A DNA stretch of 20,000 nt from Coniocarpon cinnabarinum (taxonomy: Eukaryota). Positions 1 through 10,643 of the stretch are shown in pieces; position 1 is the stretch's first letter; each line of letters opens with the position of its first letter. Where the stretch lies: assembly GCA_051942205.1 (NCBI GenBank), contig JAVECO010000006.1, forward strand, positions 237,310 to 257,309, in the 5' to 3' direction. A program made the position numbers and the translations under genes. The notes under the pieces are model-generated. The model was not told where the DNA came from, made no database searches, and saw only the letters and a program-made list of their open reading frames with translations.

Positions 1-3000
1 TGTTGACAAGCTCTTCGAAGGGCGCGATATACACTGCACGGCCAGCTTCTGGATTCAACCAGTGTCGCAAAAACGCCAGCTCGGCACACACAGTCTTACC
101 ACTGCCCACAGGAGCGCCTATGAAAACGCTGTCATTAGTTGAGTATAGAGCATTGAACGCCTGAGTTTGGATTTTGTTGAATTGTGTCCAGTCTTTGTAC
201 AACGCCTGATGCTCTTTGTTCTCCAGAGCAGCGACATGTACAGGTTGAAGATCCAACAATTGCGTGTGAGGAGGAAATTGAGCCGGTAAGCGCAAACTAG
301 CAAATGAGAGTGGGATCTTGGTTTCGGAGTGCATCCATCTGTCAGAGAGCACAGTGATGAAGTAGTTTGGGGGCATTGGCTCAGTGATTGGTACAGTCAA
401 GTCAACTACATGGACGTTCTCCTCGGATTGCGCATACTCCTTGCGAAGCAAAAACTGGTCGTGGAAGAGGATTTCCTCGCCATCACAATCCTCAATGAGG
501 ATCCAGAATGTCTCCGCCAGTCCATGTAGCTCTTGATGCCACTGAAAGTTGGGCGTGATGCTCAGCTCGACACGCAGTAGAGACCTAGTGACAGGCTGAC
601 AGGACGCTTGTACTTCTAGCCTTGGGAAATGTTCAACAGCATTCACCACAGGGCGGCCAGATTTGGGCATGCCGAGGAGCTCACCCATACGAGGTGGATC
701 AAGGTCAAAATAGCTTGACCACGGCACATCCACACGCTCAGCTTTTTGAATGATGTCTTGACCGATCGTCGGCGCTCCAAATTCAGAGTGTCTTGGGAAT
801 TGTCTGAGCGGAGTCATTGTGGGCCACATGCGCTTTTCAGCAGTCTTGCACAGCTCGAGGGACATCTTGGCGACAGACGCCCAGCCTTTCTTTAGGGCGA
901 TCTCGAATATTGCTCGAAGAACTCTGCCGGCAGACTGCGTCACGTATACGAGGTCTGCCATCAGTGCTAGCCCCTCAAGTTTAAGACGGGATATGTAAGC
1001 TTGAAGTAAGACATTAATCTTAGCCTGCGGCTCTTCAATACTTTCCTTGACCGGTATTGGAACTCGAGCGAGGAGCTTAGCCAACTCCAGCTTCTCGTCA
1101 GGACGAACTGGGATGTATTTAAACTCCTCGCTCAATGCGAAAATGCGGAACATTTCAATCGAACCGATGCCAGGCTGGATTTGCTGGTTGTAGGTGGCCA
1201 TAGAGCTGTGGGAAATGTAGTAGTGCGAAGCAATTCTTCCAAACTCAGTGGCGGACAGCCGACCACTCTTCTTCTCATATCGCACAAGACCTGACCGCTC
1301 GAGCAAGACTGCAGCAGAATGTATAAGATCAACTCGCTTTTGTTCGAGCGCATCGTCGTCCTCATAATCTGCTCCCACGCTGTAGAGGCCAGGTGACCGG
1401 AGCATGCGCACGAAGAGGTACGTGTATCCCAACCACTCAACACCTTCGTCTCGGGTTCGGATGTTGCCCAGTACGACTTCGGCGTTGAGGTTGTCAGCAA
1501 GCTTGCTTACAAATTGGCTCTCGATCGGAAGCTGCTGGTTCATCAAAGACATGTAGTATTGCATTTCGCTGTGAGTAGTGATCATGATGCCTTCTCCGAA
1601 TGTATCATACTGGGGACGTCCAGCTCGACCAAGCATCTGGAGCACATCTTGAGGGCTCAACTCCACCCAACTACCCTTTTCTGGCGAATAGACGGTGGTT
1701 CCTTTGATGATTACAGTGTGCGCTGGAAGATTAACGCCCCATGCCAGAGTAGCTGTGCAAACCAGAACTTGGATACTGCCATCTGCAAAGAGTTCTTCCA
1801 CGGACGTTCGATCTGCTCGACTCATGCCTGCATGGTGGATACCGAACCCAAATGGTAGGATTTCTTTCAAGTCTCCGTTTCCAGACTGTTCAGCTTCTTG
1901 AGTTAAAATTTCTCGACTTGCTGCATCAGTGCGTAAGATTTGCCCGATGGTTTCTTCCTCGAGGGCACGGTCCTTGATGTACTTCGCAGTTTTCGCAGTA
2001 TCTTTTCTTGAATGTACGAAAATGAGCATTTGATTCCGCTTCTGGCCAACTTGTTCTAATACCTTTTTGTAACAAACGTCGTTCATGGTTCGAAGCTGCT
2101 TGATTGGCTTCTTGTCTGTCACGCCAACAAACTCTTGCTGCAGAGGGCAAGGCCTGAAAGAGCCGTCGAAATGGTACATGCCATGTTCAGGATCAACCCG
2201 CAAGAAGCTAGCCACGTCACGATAATTGGGCAACGTAGCACTCAAGCCAATGATTCGCACAGGCTCTCCAGTCTGCTCGGTCTTTCGAATTGTTCGACTC
2301 ACGATACTCTCAAGCACTGGGCCTCTATCATCGTGGAGCAAATGGATCTCGTCTATGCAGATCAGCCTTACAAGATTTGTGTAGCTGAGGTCAGTAGCCT
2401 TGCGTGTAATAACATCCCACTTTTCCGGCGTAGTCACAATGACTTGTGTCTCTGCAATTTGTTGTTTAGTAAGTTGGCGATCGCCGGTCAATTCAGCGAC
2501 TCGAATCCCATAGGGCGCAAGGCGCTTGCCAAAGTTGCCAGTCTGTTCGGCGACCAAAGCTTTCAATGGTGCGATATAAATGATTTTGAAATCGTCGAGG
2601 CTCACCTCACCTGTCTCTGGATTCCTGTGCTTGCCAATCTCTCGCAGCATCGTCAGCATGGCAATATTTGTCTTTCCAGAACCCGTTGGTGCACAGATCA
2701 GCATGTTCTCGTCGCTTTCGAACGACGCAGGAAAACATTTTGTTTGGATTCGATTTAGCTCCTTGGACGAGCCAAAGCCCGGTCGGGCCCACGCGGGAAG
2801 CTCTGACGTTGGCATGTTTTTCTTTTCGGTAGGGGCTCGCTGGGGTTTGGGCGCTGGAACGTGGATCTCGTCATAGCCTTTGAACTTCTTCTGCGTCGAC
2901 CCAGGCGGTAGCTTCACGTTTGGATTGGTCATAAGATGATTCCCCTGATCAAAGACCAGATTCTCCAGATTGATGGTGTTCCGAGGCTGCATATTACCTT

Positions 3001-4378
3001 TGAGGCCTGCATCTGCATCGGCCATCGCTACATCTTTGGCCCCAGAAGAAACATCCAGGTTCATCAAATCGGCCTTTTCCTGCTTGCCACCGTCCGCTCC
3101 TCGCGCAGAGTCGGCGTAACCTCGAGAGACAAGCTCGCGGAGTAATTGCTGTTGGCCTGCGCGATACATAGCGGTCTCGACAGTCTTGCGGGCGTTTTCA
3201 TCTTCCGATGTTTGACGCCACCTTGTTACCCAGACAATGCAGTCCCGGTTGTAGACAATCTTGGAGACCAGCTCATGATGCTCATAGTCAAACAATTCCA
3301 TTACATCATTTTCGACTTCACGCAGTGGTGCTAGCTCGCCGTTATCCGACTGTCTCCCAAGAATTTCCATGGCGTCCTTGGTCTTCTCCTGCTGTAGGTG
3401 TGGATCATGAAAGACCTGGCCAACTTGACGTTGTAGCCAATAAGCGTCAATCTCGTGCGCCGGCACAGCGCGAGTCTCTTTCTGCGTTTTAGTGCTATCC
3501 ACGTCATCGCCTGCATTAAATATAAGACCGTCACCTCCATCCGCAGCTTGCTCAATGGCATCTGCATCTGCACCGCCTGCAACAGCGGCGTCAGGCGCAC
3601 CATGGCGCTGCGCGAAATCACTCGGCTCCTCATCAGAGGATTCGCCCTCGTCGCGTACCTCGTACGACCTCTTGACACCTTCCTCATCCTCATCTTCATC
3701 CTCATCAAAGTCAACCGCAACGCCTTGCCGGTCGTCCAGTTCATCTTGTGCAACACCATTGGCACCGTCAGCTTGCCCAGCATCGTCGTCTTGATTGTCG
3801 TAGTCTGTGATTTTCTTGCTCAAATTCATGGCCTCGTTAAACTCTTTCGAGCTGAGCTGCGTCCCGATGATGTCTTCAACGTCTCTTTTCTTATCAAAGT
3901 CTTTCATCTCGTCACTCTTCAAGGTCTCGAGCACAGCGTCCACTGCGCTAACCGTGACTGTATTTGAGACGCCTCCAAGTTTTCGTCCGATAGCAGTAAA
4001 GAGTAGGTTGTACGTATCGCGCGTAGCCTGGGTTCTTGGTCGATACCTCAAGTCTTCAACTTCAAGCTCTGCAATAGAGAGACTTGACTGGGCTTGGGGC
4101 TCGCCCCGCTTCCTCTTCTTGCTTTGTCTTTCGAGTACATCAGCTCCTTCTTGAATATCGGCTCGCTGGATTCCAGGCGTCTTGATTTTCTTAGGCGCAG
4201 ACTGTTCCTCGCGGCCTATTCGAGATCCCATATCACGGATACTGATCCGCCCTGCCAGAGACTCCGGATCGCCAGATTGGTCATCTGCCCTGTTCAAAAA
4301 CCTTCTGTCTGCCTGCAGCACCAAATTTGACATTGCGCCATATTTGTACTGGGCGTATCTGTTCGTGGATTCGGCCAT
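1..4378 (-). CDS. BRR2: U5 snRNP 200 kDa Ski2-like RNA helicase Brr2 (5' ~1459 codons; continues past left edge)
   Basis: ATG at 4378-4376 gives MAESTNRYAQYKYGAMSNLVLQADRRF, a typical Brr2 N-terminus. First cassette has Walker A MLICAPTGSGKT (~2670-2705), TTPEKWD and DEIHLLHDDRGPVLE. Second-cassette Walker A IGAPVGSGKTVCAELA lies at ~75-120. The start codon and the codons at the left edge share one frame, so it is apparently intronless. Absent from the ORF track presumably because no stop lies in the window. Confidence 0.97.
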   Translation of the reverse strand, partial: MAESTNRYAQYKYGAMSNLVLQADRRFLNRADDQSGDPESLAGRISIRDMGSRIGREEQSAPKKIKTPGIQRADIQEGADVLERQSKKRKRGEPQAQSSLSIAELEVEDLRYRPRTQATRDTYNLLFTAIGRKLGGVSNTVTVSAVDAVLETLKSDEMKDFDKKRDVEDIIGTQLSSKEFNEAMNLSKKITDYDNQDDDAGQADGANGVAQDELDDRQGVAVDFDEDEDEDEEGVKRSYEVRDEGESSDEEPSDFAQRHGAPDAAVAGGADADAIEQAADGGDGLIFNAGDDVDSTKTQKETRAVPAHEIDAYWLQRQVGQVFHDPHLQQEKTKDAMEILGRQSDNGELAPLREVENDVMELFDYEHHELVSKIVYNRDCIVWVTRWRQTSEDENARKTVETAMYRAGQQQLLRELVSRGYADSARGADGGKQEKADLMNLDVSSGAKDVAMADADAGLKGNMQPRNTINLENLVFDQGNHLMTNPNVKLPPGSTQKKFKGYDEIHVPAPKPQRAPTEKKNMPTSELPAWARPGFGSSKELNRIQTKCFPASFESDENMLICAPTGSGKTNIAMLTMLREIGKHRNPETGEVSLDDFKIIYIAPLKALVAEQTGNFGKRLAPYGIRVAELTGDRQLTKQQIAETQVIVTTPEKWDVITRKATDLSYTNLVRLICIDEIHLLHDDRGPVLESIVSRTIRKTEQTGEPVRIIGLSATLPNYRDVASFLRVDPEHGMYHFDGSFRPCPLQQEFVGVTDKKPIKQLRTMNDVCYKKVLEQVGQKRNQMLIFVHSRKDTAKTAKYIKDRALEEETIGQILRTDAASREILTQEAEQSGNGDLKEILPFGFGIHHAGMSRADRTSVEELFADGSIQVLVCTATLAWGVNLPAHTVIIKGTTVYSPEKGSWVELSPQDVLQMLGRAGRPQYDTFGEGIMITTHSEMQYYMSLMNQQLPIESQFVSKLADNLNAEVVLGNIRTRDEGVEWLGYTYLFVRMLRSPGLYSVGADYEDDDALEQKRVDLIHSAAVLLERSGLVRYEKKSGRLSATEFGRIASHYYISHSSMATYNQQIQPGIGSIEMFRIFALSEEFKYIPVRPDEKLELAKLLARVPIPVKESIEEPQAKINVLLQAYISRLKLEGLALMADLVYVTQSAGRVLRAIFEIALKKGWASVAKMSLELCKTAEKRMWPTMTPLRQFPRHSEFGAPTIGQDIIQKAERVDVPWSSYFDLDPPRMGELLGMPKSGRPVVNAVEHFPRLEVQASCQPVTRSLLRVELSITPNFQWHQELHGLAETFWILIEDCDGEEILFHDQFLLRKEYAQSEENVHVVDLTVPITEPMPPNYFITVLSDRWMHSETKIPLSFASLRLPAQFPPHTQLLDLQPVHVAALENKEHQALYKDWTQFNKIQTQAFNALYSTNDSVFIGAPVGSGKTVCAELAFLRHWLNPEAGRAVYIAPFEELVN

Positions 4379-5287
4379 CTTGAAGCACAATAAGGCGCGC
4401 GTTCGCACCGGCTATCAGAAACGGATGATAAAGGGTTCCCGAGCACCAAAGAAGCGAGTCTGCAAATGATTGAGGAAATTCGGCACCTGGACAGGCGTGC
4501 TGGTTTTGAGAAGCGGTAGGTAGGTATATGAAATGTCGAATCAATGAGGCAGCAGAGCACGTGGGCGGAGGCTTTCCGCGTTGATCACAGCGATCTGATT
4601 TTGTCACGTTTCTTTGATGAAAATCTGGGCAGGGTGTCCACTCAAGCGACCCAGACGACGACCTCGCTCGTCGCGGACCGCATGCTTTGTCTCTTGTTTT
4701 CTCAAGTGTTTCCGTCTTGAATGAATGGATGCGACGATGTGGTTTGTGCATTCTTCAGCTCTTTGCGCAGCTATATGCTCTCTCTACCCTGACATTGGTG
4801 AAGCCTGACGTTGCTACCTACAGATTAATTTACCCCTGAGTGGCTATGTTCTCTGCTGCTAGTTCGTTTGCCTGCAGCATCCGCCCCGCCCAAGCCACGA
4901 TTCTTGCCATCCTGATCATAATTGCTGCTTAACTTATCAGGACGCTCGAGTTCCTCTCTCTATTCATCATTCTTACCTTCTCCTCTTGTTGATCCTTGTA
5001 CAGTCACGCTTTGCTGCTAATACTGTACCTTATAAATTGTTTTGGACTGTTCGGTTCACTTTTGATATACTTTGCTTTTGCGCTTCCGTCAGTTCCAGAA
5101 GCCAGCACAAGATTATGGTTGCACACGACTCAAGGACAAGAGAGCGTTCATCATCCGCGAGCGTTGTGCTCCTCCCAAAAACTTTCACTTGTATTTGGAC
5201 CCAAGGAGTCGGCATGAACTTGGGCCAATAGACTACTCTCCATAGACGAGAAGAATCTAGCAATATTGTACATATCCTCGAATTTCC

Positions 5288-7986
5288 ATGGACCCAATCT
5301 CAGCTTTTGGATTGGCCGCAAATGCACTCGAAATCGGTGGCGCGCTTACTCGGGTCATCGGAAGTGTGCGCGAGCTGCGGTCACGCTACAAGCGCGCAAA
5401 TCTCACGTTGGTTCTACTGGAGCATCAACTAAGCACTTTGAAGGAAGCTCTGGATCAGATGGGTCAATGGGCTGAGGTAAGTTGAGGGAGCTTCTGCTTG
5501 GCTGAAAAGTCTTATGAAATACTAAAAAGGCGCCCACTGCTTGCTACTCGAGACACGAATCTAAACATGGGCTCAATGTGGTCAATGACCTTGGGCAGAA
5601 ATAGAATTAGTGGTTTTCCCCAAAAGAAAAAAGTGCTAGTGTGATACTTTAAAAATGCTGACAATAGCTTTAGGTGAGTCATCTTTATGTTCATGATTCC
5701 TTCGCACCCACTCCTTTATAAATCTCGGATTGTGCTATCAGTGGCAACATTCATGGCGAGAACAGATTTTGACCCACAGCAACGTCAAGCTGTGTCGCCG
5801 TAAGATGTCCTAGACGCACTCGATTGCACGCGTATCGTATAAAAAGCAGCAGAACGATGCACTGACAAGCACTGTCCAAAGCCTACTTGCTCCGCTCAGC
5901 TACGACAGAAATCTGAACACGCTGTGCAAGCAATTCAAACAATCGTAATTCTGTTGGATGAGAGAATGCAGGCAATTCCAACAGATAACGATGGAAGCTT
6001 GAAGCTCTCAGGGAAGCTGACATTCCTTCGTTGCCATGCCGAGCTCCGAGAACTCCAGGATCAGCTTAACAGCCAAATAATGTCCCTCACGATTCTTGTC
6101 TATGCCTATACGTGGTGAGTATAGAGCCCGTTTTCCCGCAGCTTGAATGAACAAAGTCGGACGTGTCGGAATACCTCTAACACAAAGCTAGTGGTTCCAT
6201 CCCCGAGCAGCAAGCAGTTATGAATGATGAAATCAATCGTCAAGTCCTTCAAGACGCAGAAGACGACGCCTCATCTTTAATCGTCAACAATGACGCCCTA
6301 ACAAACAGAAGTAGTACATCTACTCGTGATACTGGGGGCTGGAGTCGCGAGTTCGCCTTTGATAGAGACGTTACAAGCGCGAAGGTGTACAGAACGGCTT
6401 TACGTTCCAACATGCGGCAAGCACGTCGCCTGCACACCTCATCAGGCCAGGCTCAAACGAAGAACGCTACTCCGTCGCTGGCCGGAGACTCTACTGCAAA
6501 TCACGACCTTCATGAGGCACTGATGCATAATGATATACTGGATGAACTCAGCGCGATCCAACTTGAGGTAGTAGATGAGGCCACAAGAGCCCCAAAATCT
6601 GCAGTCCAAGGCACCGGATCTGCGTCTGGCTCAAGTGGGGATATGTCACTTTTTCCGGAGGAGAAAAAGCTAGCAGCAGTCAAGTATAGCGCATTCTCTG
6701 GATATCTTGAACAAGACACTATGATCCAAGGCATTCTCCGAACGGTTAATATGGAAGATCAGCCGGGCTCAAAGAGTCCATTCTACCATATTTCACACCT
6801 CAATCAAGCCGGGCGCGGGCCATTGAATGGCTTTAAGGTTGAGCGAAGAAGCCTGAAACGTGTCGTATACAACGTTGAGACCCACGTTCTCGCACATGAA
6901 ACTCATATGGATTCGCTCAACGCTAATTGTAATGGGCTGCTTGGCTCCCAAGGGCTCCTCTTGTTGGGCAACAGGGGTGCTGGAAAAAGCACCATCTTGA
7001 GGTCCATCGGGTTCCATCTCGCGCCAAAGACGTTTGTGACCACTGGTCAGCGTTTGAAGTTAAGGTCAGCAATGAAAGCTTGTGCCTTAGCCGTGGTCAA
7101 AAGGCTTGATGAGGATCGAGACATCCTTAGGCCAGGCCCCGATCGAGAAGCATTTTTAGCTTGGAAGAAAGACCTAGATCCACCAGAGCCTGCTGCTGGT
7201 GGTATTATACACGTTGACCATGACAAAATGGTATGGTCGTGGAAGGACACCGAATTAATGCGGCAGGTCTTGCGACATTACATTTCGGCTTTTCACCAAG
7301 CTCATGGAAAGAGAGTCTGGGACATGGATTAGTAAGCTGCCTCGCTGCTTTACGCGACTGATTCAACAGGCTAAAACATTTGCAACAGCTTGATCGAAAG
7401 ATTTCATGAAATTGTTTACTGGAGCGACCGAGCAACAAATCATGATGTGTTGAAGGCAGATATTCCTACAAAAGGTATATCACACACAGATTTTGACGTC
7501 AACAATGGGCAACTAACGTGGAGCGTTTTTGATACGGGCCCGAAGCCTTCCAAACTCAAGGAATGGTCTGATGTTTGCAATAACGTTCAGACGGTTATCT
7601 TCGTTGCCAAAGTCACTGCATTGGAGTGGGGCACCCCAGGTAATAGCGACGAAGGCACCTTACAACAGGCCATGAATGAATGGGAAAGTGTCATTAACTC
7701 AGACTTATTTGAAAGAGCAGGATTTATTCTCGTGTTCACGCACTGTGATATTTTGGCAGAGGAAGTTCGAAAGATGCCAATACGTAGACGGTACCTAGCC
7801 AGGAGAGACGCCAATGATTTGCCATCCTTTTTCGCAGGCAAATTTCTGTCAGTACCGAGAAAGTTTTCCCACCAATTGATCAGAGTTGTGATCACAGGGC
7901 TCACAGAGGATAGTGCCGAAATAGGTAGGAAAATTATCACAGCTGCCACGAAGGTTAGGCGGGAATATCTAGAAAGGCCTGTATAG
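5288..7986 (+). CDS. HeLo-like N-terminal domain fused to a degenerate heterotrimeric G-protein alpha domain (~719 aa); exons 5288-5476, 5882-6114, 6192-7331, 7389-7986
   Basis: Four exons join in frame (2160 nt) through GTAAGT..AAG, GTGAGT..TAG and GTAAGC..CAG introns. N-terminus MDPISAFGLAANALEIGGALTRVIGSVRELRSRYKRANLTL...LSTLKEAL...KLTFL...QLNSQIMSLTIL resembles the fungal Helo_like_N helical domain. The C-terminal half has LLLLGNRGAGKSTI (P-loop, 6967-6993), DVLKADIPTKGI (switch I), VFDTGPKPSKLKEW (G3), TVIFV and FILVFTHCD (G4), colinear with Galpha. Confidence 0.82.
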
Positions 7987-8350
7987 CGAGAAATGATCGA
8001 GATATATTGTATGAATGTTGAGATGCAGAGACAAATCTCTTGGTTATGCTAATCGATATCAGAACCTCCATGTGGTGCTACGCCGCATCCATACATCACT
8101 GCTCTGACGTCAGCTTGTGGTTTCCAGGCAGTGTGACTCGCTCAAGATGCACAGGGCATCACTGAGCACAGAAGCAGTAGGGAAACACAGAATGAGCATG
8201 TGGGATGTGGGCCTGATGAAGGTGTCTGTAAATTTCTGTTGAGACCGCGGATTCGGTGCTCCAACATACATTTCTGAAGTGCACTGACAGTCTTTCTTGG
8301 ATTTTACTTTTGGAGAGCCAAGCCGGTGCTGAATACACACGAGTCTGGCA

Positions 8351-10355
8351 ATGAGTTCACTGGAACGACCAGATACCCGACCTCTTGGCAAACAATCGCT
8401 CAAGAAAAGCAACGACAGCAGCGAGAGAGCATACCATCTGAATGGATATTCGATGCTTCAACGCTAGCCCGCGCGAAAGCTCAATGTAATATACTTGACG
8501 TGCCTGGAAAGTGTGGTATTCTTGAGCCTCATGAGCTCGACATTACGGAAAAGCACGATGCAACGGCTCTGGTGGAAGCCATGTCCACTGGCAAGCTGCG
8601 ATGCGTGGATGTGATGAGAGCTTTTTGCAGGGTAAGCGGATAGGCACTTTGTTTAGCAATGATACTGATCGATATGCAAAGCGAGCGGCGATTGCTCATC
8701 AACTTGTGAGTCTTAGTGGTCTAGTCTAGTCCGGATTTCGCGATACTGATGCGAAGCAAGACCAACTGTCTGACAGAGATTTTATTCGACCAAGCTCTGA
8801 GTCAAGCTGCAGAGCACAATACTTACATGCAACGCCACGGAAAGCCAAAAGGACCGTTGCACGGCCTTCCCATCAGCATGAAAGATACCTTCAGACTACC
8901 CGGCGTCGACAGAACTTTCGGAATCGCAGCCTTAGCTGGCAGGCCGAGCTCTAGCGCGTCAACAATCATCGATATCTTATTCTGTGCGGGCGCGATCCCA
9001 TTTTGCAAAACAAATTGTTCAATGGCACTCATTGGTCCAGACTATAATAACAACATATTCGGACGAACACTGAATCCGTACAACAAAAAGCTATGTACTG
9101 GCGGAAGTACTGGTGGTGAGGCTGTTTTGGTGAGTATGAAGGGAAGCCCTTTGGGGGTGGGTGCTGATCTAGAAGGTATGTTGGTACGATATTGTCAGCT
9201 TGATCAGTGCCAATTTGCTCATCTCTTGCGTCTGAAGGAAGCATCAGAATGCCAGCAATGTGCAATGGCGTATGTGCTGTGTCACCCTCGCCCGACAGAC
9301 TTAGACCTGCTGGAATGCGCTCAAAAGGACTACCAAGAATTCCCGTACCTCATTCGAGTCAATCAAATGTCGATATGGACTTGAGATGCCTTCCTTCCAT
9401 TCAAGGACGAAGCGCAATTGACATCCAATCCAGCGCTGGACCTTTAGCTCGGACGGTCCGTGACTGCGAGCTCTTCCTGCGAGTTTGCATCGACTCGAAA
9501 CCGTGGGAGAGTGATCCTTTGGCTATTCCTGGGTTTTGGAAGGACCTTGACCTGAGTCCTCGCAGAGACGCCTCGTCTAGCCCGTCAAAGCTGAGGATCG
9601 GTATCCTGTCCACTGTTTGCAGGTGAGCAGCATCACCACTTTGGCAGTCACAGGAGGTGTTTTAATATGCTGTTAGCCCAGCGCCTCTTCCTCCACTTCA
9701 GCATGTCCTCAACGAGACGGCTGCTTGCTTGAAAGATGCCGGACACGCAGTAGTCAGCATGCCACAATTACCGCATGCAGACGAAATGATCTTCGAAGTT
9801 CTAAACCCACTATTCGATAACGACAATCTAAAAAATTGGCTACCAGCAATAGAAGCAACAGGCGAACCACTCACACCCTGGATACAAGCCCACGGAAAGA
9901 TAAAAGCAGACCTCACGCTAGAAGAGCTGCGCCGTCTTCATCAACGCAGAGAGAGAATGATGTCAGGGATGAGTGACGCGCTTTGGCGGCTGGGCGAAGA
10001 CGACGAGATTGACGCTATCATTTGTCCGGTGGCGCCGCATCCGACGCCGCCTTTGGATACTTGGGTCACGAAGGGATATACTTCTCTGTGGTCTGGGATG
10101 GGTCTACCGTCAGGTGTGATTCCTGTGCGATTGTTTGAAGAGGGTGATGCGACGGTCGAGTCAGATGTCGAAAATAATGGTGATTCGTGTGATTCAAGTC
10201 ATCTGGCCGAACTTTGGACAGCTGAGAATAGGAAGAAGTATATTGGTACACCGCTGTGCATTCAAGTCGTCGGTCCCCGCCTTCAGGAACGGAGACTATT
10301 ACGAGCGATGAGTGTTATCGAAGCGGAGTTGAGGTCGTGGTCAATCCATCTTTGA
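8351..10355 (+). CDS. Amidase-signature family enzyme (AmdS/general amidase-like); start uncertain or frameshifted; exons ..8631, 8682-8705, 8761-9175, 9238-9622, 9677-10355
   Basis: Motifs SWQTIAQEK..IPSEW, AFCR|RAAIAHQL|TNCLTEI, GPLHGLPISMKD (catalytic Lys), KTN, FGRTLNP, GGSTGGE, GADLEG|SIRMPA (nucleophile Ser), GPLARTVRD, DAIICPVAPHP, YTSLW and GTPLCIQVVGPRLQE. Four introns restore the frame. Confidence 0.88.
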
Positions 10356-10643
10356 TTATGTTGGCCCGAAGATCTTGAGACATCAGCAGACGCGCGGAAA
10401 AGTGTTTGGAGCTAATTTCAAGTCAAGACCAGATGTCCAAGGCGCTTACTGGGGTGGAAATACATTGAGCATGTGGAAATCATTCAATGATACTTCAAGG
10501 GCTTCCACACACAAACTGATTCCAACAGTCCACTGGCATTACGTATCCGACCTCCACTGCCGGGTTAATAGACGTAGACAAACTCACCATTCCACCCAAC
10601 CCCTCAATTGTTTAGAGCCTCCCCTTAAGCTCCTCATACCCGA

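Noticed and set aside
118..4469. Many ORFs overlapping BRR2 (e.g. + 2135-2758, + 3455-3967)
   Set aside because: Antisense or off-frame shadows of a conserved gene, with no recognisable motifs.
4281..5263. Short ORFs in the BRR2 / HeLo-Galpha divergent intergenic region
   Set aside because: No family resemblance; better explained as promoter and pyrimidine-rich 5' UTR.
6420..6960. Amyloid signalling motif (HRAM/PP/sigma type) in the HeLo-Galpha linker
   Set aside because: Only a generic S/G-rich patch (GTGSASGSSG); no N/Q/G pseudo-repeat pattern is visible.
7332..7369. Alternative acceptor CAG at 7369 that would create a TAG stop in the Galpha domain
   Set aside because: The intron would be only 38 nt; CAG 7388 gives 57 nt and restores Galpha homology.
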